Assembly (NCBI RefSeq): GCF_006345805.1
Contig: NW_021835643.1
Location: 1-25,770 of the forward strand
Source of the DNA: Octopus sinensis
Lineage: Eukaryota
Direction of reading: 5' to 3'
Length of the DNA stretch: 25,770 bases
The notes under the pieces were generated by a model. It worked only from the letters and a program-made list of their open reading frames with translations, was not told the origin of the DNA and did no database searches. Of this stretch, positions 20,282 to 25,770 are shown in pieces. Both the position numbers and the translations under genes were made by a program. Within the stretch, counting starts at the first letter, position 1; every line of letters begins with the position of its first letter.

Positions 20282-20620
20282 CATGAGAAAGCAAAATGCT
20301 TTCAATTCTGTCAGGATACAAGCGTCCCTCGAAAATTTCAGCTTCTATATCCAGACTACGAATTCATATTCATACCAATAATAATTGGAGCACTAGGTTT
20401 TGTTAGTAAATGCTTAAAGGAGAATCTGGATAAACTGCGATTTTCGGAAAGAGAAATCGACCGCTAATTCGTACATTACAATCTGGGAGTGGAACAGTTA
20501 AAATATTCAAGACTTTTCTCAAGTTCCAAATGTGAATTTGTCTGTGTAAACTACATCCTAAAGATGGAGCCTTGTATCTTTGTTGGAAACCGGTTCCCTC
20601 CTCAGTGGAAGATTTATAAT
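20282..20620 (+). mobile_element. R4/Dong-type (restriction-like endonuclease) non-LTR retrotransposon C-terminus and 3' UTR remnant
   Basis: QLLYPDYEFIFIPIIIGALGFVSKCLKENLDKLRFSEREIDR, then after a frameshift LIRTLQSGSGTVKIFKTFLKFQM* (stop 20533-20535). This fits the IPIVIGALG...L..L...LQK..L.GT.KI C-terminal signature of RLE-encoding LINEs. Confidence 0.8.
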
Positions 20621-20862
20621 TAAAAAAATACATACAAACATGCACATATGCACACGTACATATATACACACACACACATAAATGCATGGCTATATATTTA
20701 TATATACATACATATATATGTATGTATACGTGTATATATATAATATGTATATATGGTGCATGTGTGTGTGTATACATGTATATGTATGAGTGTATATATA
20801 TATATATTTATTTTATGTATTGAGTACCTTATTTACTGTGGTTAACCCCGACTCAACCCGGG

Positions 20863-20906
<44 letters not shown>

Positions 20907-20909
20907 ATA

Positions 20910-20950
<41 letters not shown>

Positions 20951-21177
20951 TATATATATATATATATCTATATATCGTATATATACATATATTATATATA
21001 TATATATATCGATATATATATATATATATCTATATATATATATATTATATAAAGTAATTAAGATTCAAGTGAGTTCTATTGAATTCACTTGAATGCGGTA
21101 CTTACTTAGATGTACCAAAAACTATATGGTATTAACCATACAATAATGTGGGGTGATTATAAACAAGAATGGATTAG

Positions 21178-21260
21178 GTTTTTCAGTACAATTGTTTCAT
21201 ACGAAGACAAGCTATATTAAAAGCTGCAAATACAAGTGTCCCGTACTCATCAGCCAAAAC
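21178..21260 (-). ncRNA. Minimal type I hammerhead ribozyme motif with palindromic stem III
   Basis: The minus strand reads ttttgg-CUGAUGA-guacgggac...gucuucguau-GAAAC-AAUU-GU-A-cugaaa. Stem I is 6 bp (two G.U), stem II is ~8 bp with a bulge, and stem III plus its loop form the palindrome ACAAUUGU. Confidence 0.8.
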
Positions 21261-21701
21261 ACATATGAGTTCTCCAAGCATCCTAGTGGGTGAGGCTACA
21301 CTCATGAAGTATCGGAGATAGTTCTATAAAAAGCAAATTTAGATTGTAAGCAGACTTCCAAAGTTCTCTAATGATGATGCACAGTCTTATAACAGGTTTT
21401 AAAAAAGCTTGTTAGCTTTACAGAGAAGGTGAATCCATCCATAATGTAGGTGCAGATTACCGGAGATATGAGGAGATATTTCATACTCACAGACGATGAA
21501 TCCATCCATGATTAATCCATAATAAGGTGGGTATAATTTCCTGATATATGATAAGTTACTTGTCACACCTCTGTTCATTTCACAAAACTGCTATGTTAGA
21601 ATTAGGAAGTCTGCTTACAATCTAAATTGCTTTTATAGAACTATCTGCGATACTTCATGAGTGTAGCCTCACCCACTAGGATGCTTGGAGAATTCATATG
21701 T

Positions 21702-21787
21702 GTTTTGGGCTGATGAGTACGGGGACACTTGTATTTGCAGCTTTAATAAAGCTTGTCTTCGTATGTGAAACAATTGTACTGAAAAAC
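21702..21787 (+). ncRNA. Type I hammerhead motif, degenerate (2-nt insertion before GAAAC)
   Basis: CUGAUGA at 21710-21716, guac...guau-gu-GAAAC (21767-21771)-AAUU-GU-A(21778)-cugaaaaac. Confidence 0.55.
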
Positions 21788-21825
21788 TAATCCATTCTTG
21801 TTGCTTTTCCTCGATATATATAGAT

Positions 21826-21874
<49 letters not shown>

Positions 21875-22609
21875 GATATATTATATATATAATTACTATA
21901 ATACAAACACACCACACACACACACACATACACACATATGGTGGTTGTGATTGTCGAGGGGTTGAAACATCTTTGGTCACAGATCATCAGAACAGGATTA
22001 ACTCAGAAACTAAACGACAACCACAAAAAAGACAACAACCAAAGTTATTAGGGAAGGGTTACTTATGTCATAACAACCTCCCCCCTCTCTCACTCACTTA
22101 CTCTCTCTCTCTTTCTGTGTCCCACCCCCACCTCTTCTCACTTCCTCTACAACAGCCAAAGCCTAATGACCGTGCAAAGCAGTGCTTAATTAAACTTTTC
22201 TTATGTCTTGTGGGTTGTTAATTACGTGATTGTTCTTCTAAAACATGTCAAACGGAGGGTGTCGGGGAGGAGGAGGAGAGGAAGAAGAAGAAGAAGAAGA
22301 AGAAGAAGGAAAGGAGAAGGAGGAGGAGGAGGAGGTGGTGGAGGAAGAAACCCCCGATCTTTAACTTTCACACCCACATCGAAGCAGAGATAAACGAAGA
22401 CCTGACTTTAATTAAAACTGTTTTGGTGGGTGGTTGTCGGCATTGGTGGTGGTGGTGGTGGTGGTGGTGGTGGTGGGGTGGTGTCGGCGTTGAGGAATCT
22501 AGGATCGGTCAGCGGCGAAGGCGGTTGTTGGGGGTGATGGATAGGAAATTGACGCCTTTAGGAAGTTGAGGTTGTGACGCAATACATACACACACACACA
22601 AACATATGT

Positions 22610-22649
<40 letters not shown>

Positions 22650-22884
22650 ATGTGTGTGTGTATATATATATACATATATATATACATATATACAATTATG
22701 TGATATTATATATTATATACATATATATATACATATATGCATTATATATGTGTATATATAGATATATATTATATATATATATATATGTATATAATATATA
22801 ATATGTACATATATATATACATATATACACATATATATGTGTATATATATATACATATATACATATATATATGTATATATATAT

Positions 22885-22932
<48 letters not shown>

Positions 22933-23079
22933 GTATATATAATAACATATGTGTGTGAGTGTACATATATTCATATATTATACATGTTATATATATATGG
23001 TGTGTGTGTGTGTATGATCGGGCCTCTTTTGTCTCCTCCTCCTCCCCCACACCCTCCGTGACATATGTATAAAAGTAGG

Positions 23080-23300
23080 ATCTTCATCATCATCATCATC
23101 ATCATCATAATCACCGTAATCATCAACATCATCGTCAACATCATCACTATCATCACCATCATCACTATCATCACCATCATCACTATCATCACCATCATCA
23201 CTATCATCACCATCATCATCGTCGTCGTCGTCATCAGCACCGCCCCCACCACCACCACCACCACCACCATCACCACCATCACAACCACCGTCATTGTCGC
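23080..23300. repeat. (ATC)/(ACC)-derived repeat with an 18-bp higher-order unit atcactatcatcaccatc; (GA)/(GACA) repeat follows at 23340-23465
   Basis: Read directly. It explains the poly-D/I/M ORFs. Confidence 0.9.
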
Positions 23301-23370
23301 CGAATAAACCGAGATATTTCAGGAAGACTTTCTCATGCAAGAGAGAGAAAGGAGAGAGAGAGAGACAGAG

Positions 23371-23403
<33 letters not shown>

Positions 23404-23774
23404 GAGACAGAGACAGACAGACAGACAGACAGACAGGCAGGCAGACAGACAGACGGACGGAGAGTGAGATAAGGAATACTTTCTCTCTGTGAATTAAAAA
23501 CAACTGGAAGGGTAGGGCCATATACCCGATGCCTAGCCATGCCAGAAATAGCAGCCAAATCATATCCTTCCTTCCATCCATCTTGAAAACGGAGAGCACA
23601 TTAAGTAATGTCATTTTTGAAAACCTTAAAAAGAAGAGATGGTCAAGGGATGGGATGGTCACCATTTGGAACACATTTGATCATAGAGCCAGCAGGACCG
23701 AAATAAACCTGGAGTTAAAACCACTATAACCACTAATACGAACTGCTCTACAATGGTTTTGATAATGTCCAGGG

Positions 23775-23990
23775 GCGGGACGTAAACACACCAGCATCGG
23801 TTGTCAAGCAATGCTAGGGGGACAAACACAGACACACAAACATACACGCACATACATATATATACGACGGGCTTCTTTCAGTTTCCGTCTACCAAATCCA
23901 CTCACAAGGCTTCGGTCGGCCAGAGGCTATAGTAAAAGACACTTGCCCAAGGTGCCACGTGGTGGGACTGAACCCGGAACCATGTGGTTG
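23775..23990 (-). mobile_element. CORE-type SINE, partial; another partial copy at ~24998-25098
   Basis: acgacgggcttctttcagtttccgtctaccaaatccactcacaaggc...gacacttgcccaaggtgccac...ggactgaacccggaaccatgtggttgg matches 8222-8410. Confidence 0.85.
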
Positions 23991-24274
23991 GGTCCTGAGG
24001 GACATGCCCCCACCCCCTCAAGAAAAGAAGTGCGCCCTTCTAAATAATGTTATTATGCTCTTTTCTCTTGGAATTGTATTCCTTTCTGACCTTGTGCCCT
24101 TCTTTCGAAAAATTCCTACGACCGCGCCTGGTGTAGTCCTATGTATACGGTGTCTCAGTAAAAGATGGGATGGTCACAGCTGGAACGTCTTTGATCATAA
24201 GACTAGGATTAAGTCTGATCTGGGGTTAAAGAACACCACCAGATCAATGACTACTATAACCATTAATTATTGTC

Positions 24275-24950
24275 TTTATTGCCCATAGGGGACTAAACAT
24301 AGAGGGGACAAACAAGGACAGACAAAGGAATTAAATCGATTACATCGACCCCAGTGAATAACTGGTACTTATTTAATCGGCGCCGAAAGGATGAAAGGCA
24401 AAGTCGACCTCGGCGAAATTTGAACTCAGAACGTAACGGCTGACGAAATACCTGTTTATTTATTGCCCACAAGGGGCTACACACAGAGGGGACAAACAAG
24501 GACAGACAAAGCGATTAAGTCGATTACATCGACCCCAGTGAATAACTGGTACTTATTTAATCGGCGCCGAAAGGATGAAAGGCAAAGTCGACCTCGGCGG
24601 AATTTGAACTCAGAACGTAACGGCTGACGAAATACCTGTTTATTTATTGCCCACAAGGGGCTACCACACGAGGGGACAAACAGGACAGACAAAGGGATTA
24701 AGTCGATTACATCGACTCCAGTGAATAACTGGTACTTATTTAATCGACGCCGAAAGGATGAAAGGCAAAGTCGACCTCGGCGGAATTTGAACTCAGAACG
24801 TAACGGCTGACGAAATACCTGTTTATTTATTGCCCACAGAGGGGACAAACAAGGACAGACAAACGGATTAAGTCGATTACATTGACCCCAGTGTGTAACT
24901 GGTACTTTATTTATCGACCCCGAAAGAATGAAAGGCAAAGTCGACCTCGG
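24275..24950 (-). mobile_element. Tandem array of head-less SINE body units (aaggcgg family)
   Basis: Unit starts (minus-strand gtatttcgtcagcc) are at 24818, 24635 and 24451, giving periods of 183-184 bp. The leading unit is 5'-truncated at ~24950. Confidence 0.93.
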
Positions 24951-25269
24951 CCTTTCATCCATTCGGGGTTGATAAATTAAGTACCAATTACGCACTAGGG
25001 CTATAGTAGAAGACACTTGCCCAAGATGCCCCGCAGTGGGATTGAACCCGGAATCATGTGGTTGGTAAGCAAGCTACTTACCACACAGCTACTCCTACGA
25101 CTGCAACATAGATTGCCTGTATCAGGTCTGACCTGGGGCTAAACCACAACAGCAATCACAGTAACAACATCAAGAACAAATAGTTATTGTTGCTAATGCT
25201 GACTATTGTATTAAACATTAGATAATGTCGATGGAATGGTCACTGCCGGAAGATCTTTGATCGTAGCTC

Positions 25270-25635
25270 GGATCTTTTCACTTTGACCGGCAGATTTTTA
25301 AAATAATTTCTTTGTAACTAAGCACTTTTAAACTTCGTATACAGGTAGAATGTGTTTATAAAACATCTTTTTCTCTTGAGAAAATTCTGTAGTTTGTAAG
25401 TTATTTCTTGTTTATTTTCTTGCATATGACACTACCAGAAAATGTTGTTGACAAAATACGGCAGAAATTGAATTCACCTCAATAGACGTCATTGATTGGT
25501 TGAAATCGCCGAAATGCAAGAAATTAAACAACAAATAGCTTAAAAGCTACAGAATTTTCTCAAGAAAGCCAAGAGAAAAAGATGTTTTATAAACACATTC
25601 TACCAGAATACGAAGTTTAAAAGTGTTGAGTTACA
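25270..25635. mobile_element. MITE-like foldback with ~113-122 bp inverted arms (25313-25425, 25514-25635); right end abuts a SINE
   Basis: tgtaact...cttttaaacttcgtat..ggtagaatgtgtttataaaacatctttttctcttg...ttcttgcat is the reverse complement of 25514-25635 apart from a 10-bp indel and a few substitutions. I found no hammerhead core. Confidence 0.85.
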
Positions 25636-25637
25636 TA

Positions 25638-25770
25638 GGCGCAGGAGTGGCTGTGTGGTAAGTGGCTTGTTTACCAACCACATGGTCCGGGTTCAGTCCC
25701 ATTGCGTGGCATCTTGGGCAAGTATCTTCTGCTATAGCCCCGGGCCGACCAATGCCTTGTGAGTGGATTT
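25638..25770 (+). mobile_element. CORE-type tRNA-derived SINE, 5' part (runs off the window)
   Basis: ggcgcaggagtggctgtgtggtaagtggcttg...ccgggttcagtcccattgcgtggcatcttgggcaagtatcttc, with A/B-box-like motifs and a CORE-like segment. Confidence 0.9.

Larger units (their letters stand above)
21162..21802. mobile_element. Foldback element: two inverted ~198-bp arms (21162-21359, 21605-21802) with a 245-bp spacer, each arm carrying a hammerhead motif; probably Penelope-like pLTR derived
   Basis: aacaagaatggattag...tgtaagcagacttcc is the reverse complement of ggaagtctgcttaca...ctaatccattcttgtt, with few differences. I see no similarity to the 5070 element outside the ribozyme core. Confidence 0.92.

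Noticed and set aside
22971-23340. Acidic poly-Asp/Gly ORF and poly-Met/Ile ORFs
   Set aside because: These are artefacts of (ATC)/(ACC) repeats.
24435-24600. CTGACGA...GAAA within the SINE array as a possible ribozyme driving multimer processing
   Set aside because: Helices I and II do not pair, and the CTGACGA is a locus-specific variant (the 11 kb array reads gcagacga on the equivalent strand).

Overview
AT-rich, microsatellite- and SINE-dense eukaryotic genomic DNA. The repeat families point to a coleoid cephalopod, most likely Octopus (inferred, not proven). The window holds the 3' half of a Runx/Runt-family transcription factor gene on the + strand. This includes a post-Runt-domain exon (7659-7853, LAELEHLRRS) and the terminal exon (12746-13620), which ends in the diagnostic VWRPY-stop. 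Two further in-frame phase-1 candidate exons lie at 5903-6019 and 11768-11932; I found no Runt-domain exons in the window. The most striking non-coding signal is five minimal type I hammerhead-ribozyme motifs from three apparently unrelated sequence families. Four of them form two long inverted-repeat (foldback) elements (5070-5477, probably intronic to Runx, and 21162-21802), and one is solitary (17329-17432). A tRNA-derived SINE forms head-less ~184-bp tandem arrays with the same junction at three separate loci. The remainder is SINEs, decayed RTE and R4/Dong-type LINE ends, a MITE-like foldback, a 67-bp hairpin tandem repeat downstream of the Runx stop, and extensive simple repeats, which account for most of the supplied ORF track. 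All calls are from manual reading; no searches or folding programs were run.
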